Origin: Christensenellaceae bacterium Phil1
GTDB lineage: Bacteria; Bacillota; Clostridia; Christensenellales; CAG-138
Direction of reading: 5' to 3'
Assembly (NCBI GenBank): GCA_001940855.1
Contig: MSGS01000044.1
Span: 20,215-84,214, forward strand
Length of the DNA stretch: 64,000 nucleotides
Below, in pieces: positions 13,233-21,138 of the stretch. The translations under genes were made by a program, and so were the position numbers. Within the stretch, counting starts at the first letter, position 1. Every line of letters starts with the position of its first letter. Below the pieces are notes generated by a model that saw only the letters and a program-made list of their open reading frames with translations, was not told the origin of the DNA and did not search any database.

Positions 13233-13748
13233 TCAGTATACTATGGAAGCCTTAACGTCGTAGCCTTCAAGCGCGGCCGCGCCGTTAAGCTCACTCTTAA
13301 GCTCTATTGCGAAGCGAACGGCAACAACCTCACCGCCCATCTGCTCAATAAGCTTTATCGCCGCAAGCGCCGTGCCGCCGGTCGCCAGCAGATCGTCCAC
13401 AACCACTACCTTCTGTCCCTTTTGAATGGCGTCGGTATGTATTTCCAGCGAATCCGTGCCGTATTCAAGGGAATATTCATAGCTCACCGTTTCGCAGGGG
13501 AGCTTACCTGGCTTCCTCGCCGGCACAAAGCCCGCGCCCAGTGCGTAAGCAAGTGCGCTGCCCATTATGAAGCCGCGCGCCTCCGGCCCGACCACCACGT
13601 CCACATGCTTGTCCTTCAGATCTTCAGCCATATCGCTTATAAGCTGATGGAACGCCTCGGGGTTCTTAAAAAGCGTGGTAACATCGCGGAAAAGTATTCC
13701 GGGTTTTGGGAAATCGGGTATGGTGCGAATGGTATCTTCAAGCTTCAT
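13233..13748 (-). CDS. apt: Adenine phosphoribosyltransferase
   Basis: 171 aa. PRPP-binding loop VVVVDDLLATGGTA. Confidence 0.95.
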   Translation of the reverse strand: MKLEDTIRTIPDFPKPGILFRDVTTLFKNPEAFHQLISDMAEDLKDKHVDVVVGPEARGFIMGSALAYALGAGFVPARKPGKLPCETVSYEYSLEYGTDSLEIHTDAIQKGQKVVVVDDLLATGGTALAAIKLIEQMGGEVVAVRFAIELKSELNGAAALEGYDVKASIVY

Positions 13749-16197
13749 GGTTTGCCTCCTCGTATAGTTGCAAGTACATATCGTTCATCTCCCTTAGGGA
13801 GTTAAGCGCAAAAAAAGTCCGGCTTTCCTCAAGCGAGCGCTTGGGCGGGTCCTTTTCAACCCGTATGCCGCCGCTGCCCTTTGTAACAAAGCCCAGTTCA
13901 TAGAACACGTCCGCCGCCAGCGCACAATGGCACCGCGGGGCGTTGGTTGCGGCGCATAGCGCATCCGCCATGGCGTTTATGTTATAAAACTTACCAACCG
14001 TGCAGCGCAGCGCCTTATACAGCGCAATGAAATCCGCCCTGTCACGCGGTATGCCGGCTATCAGCTCTTCCGTCTCCGCCGCGTTCGGCTTGGCTGCATA
14101 AAGCGCAGCATCCCCGTTCATTTGGCGCAGTGCGCCGGGTATGCCGCTGCTTGTTGCGGTATCGAAAACTATTATGTTTTTGTAGCGGCTTATGTCCATG
14201 TCCGCAATATTCGGCGCAAGCACCGCCGCGTTATATGCGCATATGCTTTTCGCGTTGCTGCCGAAGCTTACGTCCATACGGTTCCAAATGCCGCGCGCTT
14301 TAAGCAGTGCGCACAGCCGCTTTGCTCCCGCCGCCGTGAAGCAGAGCGCTATGGTGTCCATAGCGCTTGCGTCAACAAGCTCAATAAGCTTTTCCTCCGT
14401 GTCCGCAAACGCAAGTCCGCTTACGGCACGGGTATTATTATACAAAACATTTCTGCATATTGCATCAACAAATTTGCCCTTTTGCCTGTCTATCCACGCA
14501 TTTACGTCGTTAGGCTCGGCGCAGCGCAGATTTTTTATATTAAGCTGCAATTCGCTCCGCCCCATGAACGTGTTTATGTTCGGGGTATACACGGCATCGC
14601 ACCTGTCCATATCCAGCATATTTCTGAATTCCGCGCCGGAATTGAAATACACGGCGTTTATATATTGCTCGTCCCGCGTAACATGGCAGCGCACATGCTT
14701 GCCTTCGCACCCTATGCGCTCCATATTGGCAAGCCTTACCCCGCGGCTGAGCACCACCGGCTGCGGATTGCCCGCGCCGAAGGGCTCCAGCATGCCCAGC
14801 TCCTCCGCAAAGCGCTTCGTGATGCCGCCCAGCTCCATTTCAAAATCATACTGCGCGCTTGGTATAAACTTCTCCTCAGGCTCGTTATGCCAAAGGTAAT
14901 CGTCCATCGCCGCGCGGAATTCGTCTATGTCCTTTTGCTGCATGGTAAGTCCCGCGGCATACGCATGCCCGCCGAAGCGGGAAAAGAACCTTTCGCAGGA
15001 TGAAAGCGCATCGTGAATATTCACTCCGCTTATGCTGCGGCACGATCCCGTGACCGTATCTTTACCGCTCAGCAGCACCGTGGGCCTATAAAACCGCTCC
15101 GCTATCCTTGCCGCCGCAATGCCTATAACGCCCGCGTTCCAGTCCTCCCCGTGCAGCACTATGCAGCGCCGCTTGGTAAGGTCCTCATTGGCAAGCTTTT
15201 CGCAGGCGGCGTTGAATATTCCGCTTTCCTCCGCCTTTCGCTTGGCATTCAGCTCGTCAAGCTTTGCCGCCAGCTTCGCCGCGCTCTCCCGCTCGGTCTC
15301 CATAAGCAGGCTCACCGCCGCGTCCGCTTCCTCTATTCGGCTTGCCGCATTCAGGCGCGGCGCTATCCTGAACCCGAAGTCCCCCGCGCTCACGTCCTGA
15401 AGCTTGGTTTGAGATACCGCGCACAGCGCCTTTATACCCTCCGGGCATTTGCCGCGGCGTATATCCTTAACCGCAAGCGCGGTGAACACGCGGTTTTCCC
15501 CCGTGAGCGGCACAATATCCGCAACCGTTGCAATGCCCGCAAGCGGTATATATTCCCTTGCCGCTTCGCGGCCAAGCAAGGCCTCCGCCACCTTGCACGC
15601 AAGCCCCGCGCCGCATATATGCCGGTTTGGGTATTCGTCCGCATTGTTGCAAAGTATCAGCGCCTCGCATTTGGGCAGCGTGTCGCCCGGTATATGATGG
15701 TCGGTAACTATAACCTCCATGCCAAGCTCGTAGCAGCGCTCCGTCTCCGCCGCGGACTTAACGCCGTTATCTACCGTTATTATAAGATTCGCGCCCATGT
15801 TGAAAAGCTGCTCCGCGCTTTTCATGGTCATGCCGTAGCCGTCCTCATGCCGCGAAGGTATCATGTATTCCGCATTCGCGCCAAGCCGCCTGAGGCAGCT
15901 TAGCATTATTGCCGTCGCGCACACGCCGTCGGCGTCATAGTCGCCGAACACCACTATTTTTTCGCCAAGATCTATCGCTTTTCTTATGCGCGATACGGCC
16001 TTATCCATATCCTTCAAAAGATATGCGTTCTCCAGCGCGCTTTCGGAAGGGTTAAGGAAATTCGCGGCCTCGTCGCAGTCCGCAATTCCCCTGGACAGCA
16101 GCAGTTCCGCCGTCCGCGGGCTGATGCACAGCTCTTCCGCCATTTCGCGCACGCGCTCACGCGGCTGCTCCTGCGCCTTGCATACCAGCCTAAGCAT
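13738..16197 (-). CDS. recJ: Single-stranded-DNA-specific exonuclease RecJ
   Basis: 819 aa from ATG 16197 (GGAGG upstream); the track start 16251 adds 18 aa. DHH motifs GDYDADGV and VTDHHIP. The 3' end overlaps the apt start by 11 nt. Confidence 0.92.
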   Translation of the reverse strand: MLRLVCKAQEQPRERVREMAEELCISPRTAELLLSRGIADCDEAANFLNPSESALENAYLLKDMDKAVSRIRKAIDLGEKIVVFGDYDADGVCATAIMLSCLRRLGANAEYMIPSRHEDGYGMTMKSAEQLFNMGANLIITVDNGVKSAAETERCYELGMEVIVTDHHIPGDTLPKCEALILCNNADEYPNRHICGAGLACKVAEALLGREAAREYIPLAGIATVADIVPLTGENRVFTALAVKDIRRGKCPEGIKALCAVSQTKLQDVSAGDFGFRIAPRLNAASRIEEADAAVSLLMETERESAAKLAAKLDELNAKRKAEESGIFNAACEKLANEDLTKRRCIVLHGEDWNAGVIGIAAARIAERFYRPTVLLSGKDTVTGSCRSISGVNIHDALSSCERFFSRFGGHAYAAGLTMQQKDIDEFRAAMDDYLWHNEPEEKFIPSAQYDFEMELGGITKRFAEELGMLEPFGAGNPQPVVLSRGVRLANMERIGCEGKHVRCHVTRDEQYINAVYFNSGAEFRNMLDMDRCDAVYTPNINTFMGRSELQLNIKNLRCAEPNDVNAWIDRQKGKFVDAICRNVLYNNTRAVSGLAFADTEEKLIELVDASAMDTIALCFTAAGAKRLCALLKARGIWNRMDVSFGSNAKSICAYNAAVLAPNIADMDISRYKNIIVFDTATSSGIPGALRQMNGDAALYAAKPNAAETEELIAGIPRDRADFIALYKALRCTVGKFYNINAMADALCAATNAPRCHCALAADVFYELGFVTKGSGGIRVEKDPPKRSLEESRTFFALNSLREMNDMYLQLYEEANHEA

Positions 16198-16323
16198 AGT
16201 CCCGTCCTCCTTCCTTGGCAATAAGCTGCGGTTATGCACAGTTATGTTCATAACATTTTAATTATATCACAAAACAGCTTATCTACATAGGAAAACTTAA
16301 TGCTTGTGCCGCATTTATTGTTC

Positions 16324-16713
16324 TCAGCGTGCCGCCGCCCGCGTTACCATTGCGCACAGCATACCCGAAAGCAGGCCTATGCCCATATCGCTGAGCATTG
16401 CCATATTCAGCGCAAAGCTGCCGCTTAATATCGAAAACACGGCATAGGCGAGCATTGCGTAAATAAGCCCAGCCGCCCCGCCGAAAAGCCATGCGCGGCT
16501 GCCGCAGCCCCTTTGCGCAAAGAAGCCCGCCGCCGCTGCGCCTATAACCTTTATTGCCGCGTTAACAATCGGTATCAACTCCACACCGACCACCTGTTTC
16601 CACATCAGCGCCGCAAAAATAACTATCAGCGCAACGCTCACTACGCATCCTATAAACGCCGCCTTCAGCAGCGTAAGCACAGCGGGCGCGTTTGCCGCCT
16701 TTCCCCTTGCCAT
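16324..16713 (-). CDS. Small integral membrane protein (about 4 TM), function unknown
   Basis: 129 aa, almost entirely hydrophobic helices rich in Ala/Gly/Ile. Sits directly upstream of recJ on the same strand. Confidence 0.6.
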   Translation of the reverse strand: MARGKAANAPAVLTLLKAAFIGCVVSVALIVIFAALMWKQVVGVELIPIVNAAIKVIGAAAAGFFAQRGCGSRAWLFGGAAGLIYAMLAYAVFSILSGSFALNMAMLSDMGIGLLSGMLCAMVTRAAAR

Positions 16714-16810
16714 ATAATGTCACCTCCCAAGCCTATGTGCTTATCATTATTCACTTTTATGCGCCCATATGATAAGATATAGCAAATCGCTTACAAAGGA
16801 GACTGCACAT

Positions 16811-17329
16811 ATGGATTTTCTGGAACTGGCTGCAAAGCGTTATTCCGTAAGGAAGTTTAAGGAAGAGAAGGTTCGCCGGGAGGATCTTGATAAAATACTG
16901 AAGGCCGGCATGCTCGCCCCCACGGCGCATAACGACCAGCCGCAGCGCATTTTGGTCATAAACAGAGACGAAGCGCTTGAAAAGCTGAAAAAATGCACGG
17001 CGTGCCATTTCAACGCGCCCACGGCCCTGCTTATTTGCAGCGACAAGGACGCCTGCTGGACGCGCAAGTACGACGGCAAAAAGAGTTACGACATAGATGC
17101 GGCAATAGTAACCACGCATATGATGCTGGAGGCTGCAAGCATAGGCGTGGGCACGACATGGGTAATGCATTTCCGCCCGCAGGTTGTGCGCGAGGAATTC
17201 GCCCTGCCCGATAATTACGAAGCCTCCGCCATGCTTATGATGGGCTATCCCGCACCCGATGCCGAGCCTTACCCCGGCCACTTTGAGTTTAAGGATGAAA
17301 AAGAGCTTGTTTTTTATAATGAGTTTTGA
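16811..17329 (+). CDS. Nitroreductase family protein
   Basis: 172 aa from ATG 16811 (AAAGGAG upstream). MDFLELAAKRYSVRKF ... APTAHNDQPQRI are typical FMN nitroreductase segments. Confidence 0.88.
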   Translation: MDFLELAAKRYSVRKFKEEKVRREDLDKILKAGMLAPTAHNDQPQRILVINRDEALEKLKKCTACHFNAPTALLICSDKDACWTRKYDGKKSYDIDAAIVTTHMMLEAASIGVGTTWVMHFRPQVVREEFALPDNYEASAMLMMGYPAPDAEPYPGHFEFKDEKELVFYNEF

Positions 17330-17332
17330 GCA

Positions 17333-17362
17333 TTGACACTCGATATAATTCGACATTATAAT
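17333..17362 (+). promoter_or_regulatory. Near-consensus sigma-A promoter of the small-peptide transcript
   Basis: TTGACA (17333-17338), 18-nt spacer, TATAAT (17357-17362). Predicted start near 17369. Confidence 0.65.
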
Positions 17363-17368
17363 AAAGCT

Positions 17369-17621
17369 GGTGCCTGCCAAGCACGGTAGACGGTCGGCCA
17401 CACTCCTGCCCTATTTTTAGAGGAAAGGAGGTGACCCGAAGATGAGTTGGGGAGAGCTTTTTGCTTTTCTAATGTTCGTCTTGGAGCTTCTCAAGTTCTT
17501 CTGGCGAATTCTATGCTCCGTTATAGGATTCATGTCCAAAAAGAGAAGTAACCGTCACTCCGCCAAGTAACGGTTATTCCTAATTACCAAATCTCTTGGC
17601 CGACCGTCACCGGTAGGCACC
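17369..17621 (+). repeat. Inverted-repeat arms (17369-17400 and 17597-17621) that would close the small-peptide mRNA in a 25-bp 5'-3' helix
   Basis: GGTGCCTGCC pairs with GGTAGGCACC (10 bp, one G.U). GGTAGACGGTCGGCCA pairs with TGGCCGACCGTCACC (15 bp, one bulged A). Confidence 0.8.
17442..17570 (+). CDS. 42-aa hydrophobic peptide with a basic tail; candidate type I toxin
   Basis: Below the track cutoff. AAAGGAGG lies 9 nt upstream of ATG 17442. Translation: MSWGELFAFLMFVLELLKFFWRILCSVIGFMSKKRSNRHSAK. An anti-SD CACTCCT (17401-17407) faces the SD. Confidence 0.5.
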   Translation: MSWGELFAFLMFVLELLKFFWRILCSVIGFMSKKRSNRHSAK

Positions 17622-17627
17622 CTTTGT
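17537..17627 (-). ncRNA. Candidate ~90-nt antisense RNA covering the 3' UTR and last codons of the peptide gene (copy 1 of a two-member family)
   Basis: Minus-strand promoter TTGCAT (17662-17657), 17 nt, TATAAT (17639-17634). Hairpin TAACCGT/ACGGTTA (17549-17576) followed on the minus strand by CTTCTCTTTTT. Ends are approximate. Confidence 0.5.
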
Positions 17628-17665
17628 ATATTCATTATATCGCAAGCGTTGCATTTATGCAACGT

Positions 17666-18121
17666 TTATATTTCCCGCCTCTCTGCCTTTAACCCCAGCG
17701 CCGTGGCCTGCTTTTCGGGATAGCGCGAATAGTAGCTTATGCCGCGCGCGGCGTATTCCCCGCGGTGCTTGCCGTAATGCCTGCACCATATAAAGCTTGG
17801 CGCGCCTACCATGATAAGATACAGCGGCCCCAGCAGCAGCGATTGGAGCGTATGCCCGTATTCGTGCGATGCTATCTCCCGCGCACGCTCGCGGCTCGTA
17901 TCCTTATGCGTGCCGACGAATATGAACATGCCAAGCGACACGCAGCCAAGCCAACGCATATATTTTGGCACAGAGTCGATATCGTATTCCGTAAGCACGG
18001 CGCAGCGATAAAAGCCGCGCTTCTGATTGCCCAACAGCAGCATTGCAATAAGCCCCAGCAGGCTTTGCACCACGCCCCATGTGCATTGAATGAATATGTA
18101 GGCTATGCGTTTGAGTTTCAT
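17666..18121 (-). CDS. Membrane protein with an HExxH (HEYGH) motif; putative membrane zincin, function unknown
   Basis: 151 aa. N-terminal TM helices, SHEYGHTLQS followed by another hydrophobic segment. No family assignment I can make with confidence. Confidence 0.6.
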   Translation of the reverse strand: MKLKRIAYIFIQCTWGVVQSLLGLIAMLLLGNQKRGFYRCAVLTEYDIDSVPKYMRWLGCVSLGMFIFVGTHKDTSRERAREIASHEYGHTLQSLLLGPLYLIMVGAPSFIWCRHYGKHRGEYAARGISYYSRYPEKQATALGLKAERREI

Positions 18122-18133
18122 ATTTTGCCGTTA

Positions 18134-18514
18134 TCAGTATTGCGCCGCGCAGGAGAGCAGCACCGCCGCGCAGCCTATGGCGTATACTGCCGTATGCGCG
18201 TACCACCATTTGCCGTACTCCGCCTTGCCGAACTGTATCATGCTCCGCACTATCGCTATGAGCGCGGGTGACATGCACAAAAGCCCCGCTATTATAACCA
18301 TAGCCATGCCGTGGTCATGCGTTGACACCTTCAAAAACAGATGGCATGTAAGCAGTATGCCGACTTCGGCAAAAAGCAATGCTATATGCTTAACGTAAGG
18401 AGGTACATCCATAAGTATCGCTTTATAAGTCTGCGGTTGATGTATCTGCCGCCTTACGCCAATGGCTATCCACATAAGAACAAGGTCACATAGAAGCGGA
18501 ATTAAAAATACCAT
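18134..18514 (-). CDS. Hypothetical integral membrane protein
   Basis: 126 aa from ATG 18514 (GGGAGGA upstream; track start 18559 is an extension). About four hydrophobic helices. A 12-nt gap separates it from the next gene. Confidence 0.55.
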   Translation of the reverse strand: MVFLIPLLCDLVLMWIAIGVRRQIHQPQTYKAILMDVPPYVKHIALLFAEVGILLTCHLFLKVSTHDHGMAMVIIAGLLCMSPALIAIVRSMIQFGKAEYGKWWYAHTAVYAIGCAAVLLSCAAQY

Positions 18515-18671
18515 GGTTATCCTCCCTGAAATGCTTATTTGATATACAGAGCATACCATATATTACCGCTTAACGCAACAATTTGCCTGTTTTTCTTGGT
18601 ATACGGCTTGAGTTTATGCCGGTTATATGGTATTGTGGCAATATTGAATCAAGTTTTATAGGGGGCATCAC

Positions 18672-19049
18672 ATGAAAAAGCTTATAAACGCACTTTCGCA
18701 GAAAAAGGAAGTTTTCGCAACGGATGTCGTTTCCGTGCAGTTTGCGCTGCTGACGCTCCCCTACATATGCTTATCGGCATCTTTCCCTGACGACAGCCGT
18801 TGGCCGCGCTGGGTGAGAGTCGGTGCACTTGCAATCCTGCTCGTGCTTCAGCTTATCCCTATAGTCGTTTTGCTGCGCGATGCGTTCGGCAAATGGCCCG
18901 AATATCGCACGCCCGAGGAAACGAAGCAATATGAGTTGCGCCAGCGCGCGGCATGGAAGCAGATAGTGTGGCATACGCTTTCAAGCGTTATTCTGATAGT
19001 AATCATATATTGCCAGTTTAACGTTCACTCTCCGTTCTTCGGTTTCTGA
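18672..19049 (+). CDS. Hypothetical integral membrane protein
   Basis: 125 aa with three hydrophobic segments. Candidate promoter TTGAGT-17-TATTGT and RBS-like GGGGG upstream. Confidence 0.5.
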   Translation: MKKLINALSQKKEVFATDVVSVQFALLTLPYICLSASFPDDSRWPRWVRVGALAILLVLQLIPIVVLLRDAFGKWPEYRTPEETKQYELRQRAAWKQIVWHTLSSVILIVIIYCQFNVHSPFFGF

Positions 19050-19065
19050 CAAATGAAGATATAAC

Positions 19066-19111
19066 GCAAAAACCGGCAGCCCGTGTGAGCCGCCGGTTTA
19101 TTATGCCGTTA
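19066..19111. repeat. Terminator-like 46-nt direct repeat, copy 1
   Basis: GCAAAAACCGGCAGCCCgtgtGAGCCGCCGGTTTATTATGCcGTTA. 42 of 46 nt identical to 19960-20005; three of the four differences fall in the hairpin loop. Confidence 0.85.
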
Positions 19112-19137
19112 AGCATGAGCAGTGACATTGGCATTCT

Positions 19138-19809
19138 TTATTCCAAAGCACTGTTATGCCCCAGAACCATACCCTTCCATGCTCCTTTGATTTTTGCTAC
19201 ATAAACATGTATATTTCCCCTATATGTTTCCTTCTCTCCTGTTACCACAAACTCGATATTTACCTCTTTGCACGCTGTAATTTCTTCCTCGTCAATGTTA
19301 AGTCCATCAAGGAGTTCCTCTATCCTAAGCCTCAAACGGTCTACCCCGTATAGCCTCTTGAGTCGTAGGCTTTTAATACTCGTATCTTTTATGTCTATCG
19401 CCTTCATGCTGACCGCATAGGCCCCAAACATATCTTCAAAGTCTTTTCGGATTCTTTTATCAATAAATTTATAATAATCATTAAGTGATAAAAACTTCTC
19501 GCCAAACTCTTTGTTAAGCTGTTCAAGCAGCTCATTATCGTTTTTGCAACCATAGCGATACCTCAAAAATTCATTCTTGCCGCCCGGGCTCAGATTAAAG
19601 GCTTCCCTGCACGACGTTTCGCCCGTAACTCCTTTTAAGTACCGTATCGCCACACATTGTGGGCCGTTCCATTCTATTATAAGAAAGGCTGTTATAATCA
19701 TGGCTATTGCGACGGCCGCCGCAAGCATAAGCTTTTTATTTTTCGTGGTTTTTACCTGTTCATTTGCATTGTTTGCGGCTTCATGATGGCTGTTGTTTAT
19801 CTGCTCCAT
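19138..19809 (-). CDS. Hypothetical single-pass membrane protein (AT-rich cassette gene)
   Basis: 223 aa. N-terminal polar stretch, one TM (LMLAAAVAIAMIITAFLII), then a Lys/Glu/Asp-rich soluble domain. Own promoter TTGTCA-17-TATACT and GGGGGG RBS. Visibly lower GC than its neighbours. Confidence 0.6.
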   Translation of the reverse strand: MEQINNSHHEAANNANEQVKTTKNKKLMLAAAVAIAMIITAFLIIEWNGPQCVAIRYLKGVTGETSCREAFNLSPGGKNEFLRYRYGCKNDNELLEQLNKEFGEKFLSLNDYYKFIDKRIRKDFEDMFGAYAVSMKAIDIKDTSIKSLRLKRLYGVDRLRLRIEELLDGLNIDEEEITACKEVNIEFVVTGEKETYRGNIHVYVAKIKGAWKGMVLGHNSALE

Positions 19810-19959
19810 ACTGCCCCCCCTTCCATGTTTTACGCTTTATGAATACAAGCTCCGTAACAAGTATAACATATCTTTTATGCGCTGACAAGCAACGGGTGTT
19901 ACATATTGACTTATGACTTCATTCGGGAAAGGACGCGGTATGACGGTAATTTATACTGC

Positions 19960-20005
19960 GCAAAAACCGGCAGCCCTTACGAGCCGCCGGTTTATTATGC
20001 TGTTA
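19960..20005. repeat. Terminator-like 46-nt direct repeat, copy 2 (terminator of etfA)
   Basis: GCAAAAACCGGCAGCCCttacGAGCCGCCGGTTTATTATGCtGTTA, lying 9 nt beyond the etfA stop. Confidence 0.85.
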
Positions 20006-20013
20006 GGTGAAGC

Positions 20014-21120
20014 TTACTGCTTCTTGGCCTTCTGCGCCTTGATGGCCTCGGTCAGCATCGGGGTGACCTTGAACAGGTCGCCGCAGATACCGTAGTCGGC
20101 AATCTCGAATATGGGCGCGGATTCGTTGGTGTTCACAGCGATTATGCATTCGGAATCCTGCATACCGGCCTTGTGCTGTATCGCGCCGGAAATACCCAGG
20201 GCAATGTACACCTTCGGGTGAACTGTCTTGCCGGTCTGGCCAACCTGATGGTCGGCGGAGAGCCAGCCGTTGTCTATGACCGCGCGGCTGCCGCCGACAA
20301 CGCCGCCCAGAGCCTCGGCCAGATCCTCGGCCAGCTTGATGCCCTGCTCAACGTTCTTGCTTATGCCGCGGCCGACGGAAACTATGAAGTCCGCGCCGAC
20401 AAGGTCAACTATCTTCTTGGCAGCCTTAACGACTTCCACAACCTCGGTATGCACATCCTCCGCAGTCAGCTTGACCTCGGGACGGACGATTTCCACCGCG
20501 TCGGCCTTTGCCTGATCGAACTCGGCCCTGCGCATAACGCCGGGGCGCACAGTTGCCATAGCAGGACGGAAACGGGGGCATATGATGGTGGCCATAAGGT
20601 GACCGCCGAACGCCGGACGGGTCATCTTCAGGTTGCGGTCCTCCATATCGAACTTCATGCTGTCGATATCAAGGGTGGAGCTGGCGCGCAGGAAGTCAAG
20701 GTACTTGGGTACGTCAACGTCCAGATGCGTGCAGTCCGCGCAAAGGCCGGTGTGCAGCCTTGCCGCGCAGCGGGGGCCAAGATCGCGGCCGATGGTGCTT
20801 GCGCCGATAAGGAACACCTCGGGCTTGAGCTCCTCTATCGCGTCGCATATCACCTTGGCGTAAGCATCGGTGGTGTAATATTTAAGAAGCGGGGATTCGC
20901 AAAGGACTATCTTGTCCGCGCCGTAGCCGGCAAGCTCCTTGCAAAGGCCCTCTACATTGTCGCCAAGCAGCAGACCGCAGAGCTTAACGCCCAACTCGTC
21001 CGCAAGCTTACGGCCTTCCGAGATAAGCTCGAAATCGGTGGGCATCAGTTTGCCTTCTCGCTGCTCGCAAAATACCCAAACGTCCTTAAAGGCGGCTAAA
21101 TCCATGCTGTTGTAAGCCAT
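20014..21120 (-). CDS. etfA: Electron transfer flavoprotein, alpha subunit
   Basis: 368 aa. VWVFCEQREGKL N-terminus, and the FAD-binding C-terminal segment YIALGISGAIQHKAGM. Confidence 0.93.
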   Translation of the reverse strand: MAYNSMDLAAFKDVWVFCEQREGKLMPTDFELISEGRKLADELGVKLCGLLLGDNVEGLCKELAGYGADKIVLCESPLLKYYTTDAYAKVICDAIEELKPEVFLIGASTIGRDLGPRCAARLHTGLCADCTHLDVDVPKYLDFLRASSTLDIDSMKFDMEDRNLKMTRPAFGGHLMATIICPRFRPAMATVRPGVMRRAEFDQAKADAVEIVRPEVKLTAEDVHTEVVEVVKAAKKIVDLVGADFIVSVGRGISKNVEQGIKLAEDLAEALGGVVGGSRAVIDNGWLSADHQVGQTGKTVHPKVYIALGISGAIQHKAGMQDSECIIAVNTNESAPIFEIADYGICGDLFKVTPMLTEAIKAQKAKKQ

Positions 21121-21138
21121 GTGTGTTCTCCTTTCTCC

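Noticed and set aside
10533-13805. Long plus-strand ORFs (429 aa and 486 aa) opposite dtd, relA and apt. Similar cases are 25793-27148 opposite kamD, 27367-28533 opposite kamA, 28599-29666 opposite kdd, 43520-44683 and 44693-45571 opposite xdhD, 16757-17401 opposite the nitroreductase, 60022-61035 opposite the MBOAT gene, 21121-23107 opposite etfB/bcd, 20173-21099 opposite etfA, and 49161-50279 and 50841-51866 opposite the PLP enzyme and AI-2E genes.
   Set aside because: All are antisense to genes with strong family signatures. They lack RBSs and show shadow-ORF composition.
19066-20005. The repeat-bracketed cassette interpreted as an IS element or MITE.
   Set aside because: The repeats are direct, not inverted, and are themselves terminator hairpins. 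There is no transposase, and no target-site duplication is distinguishable.
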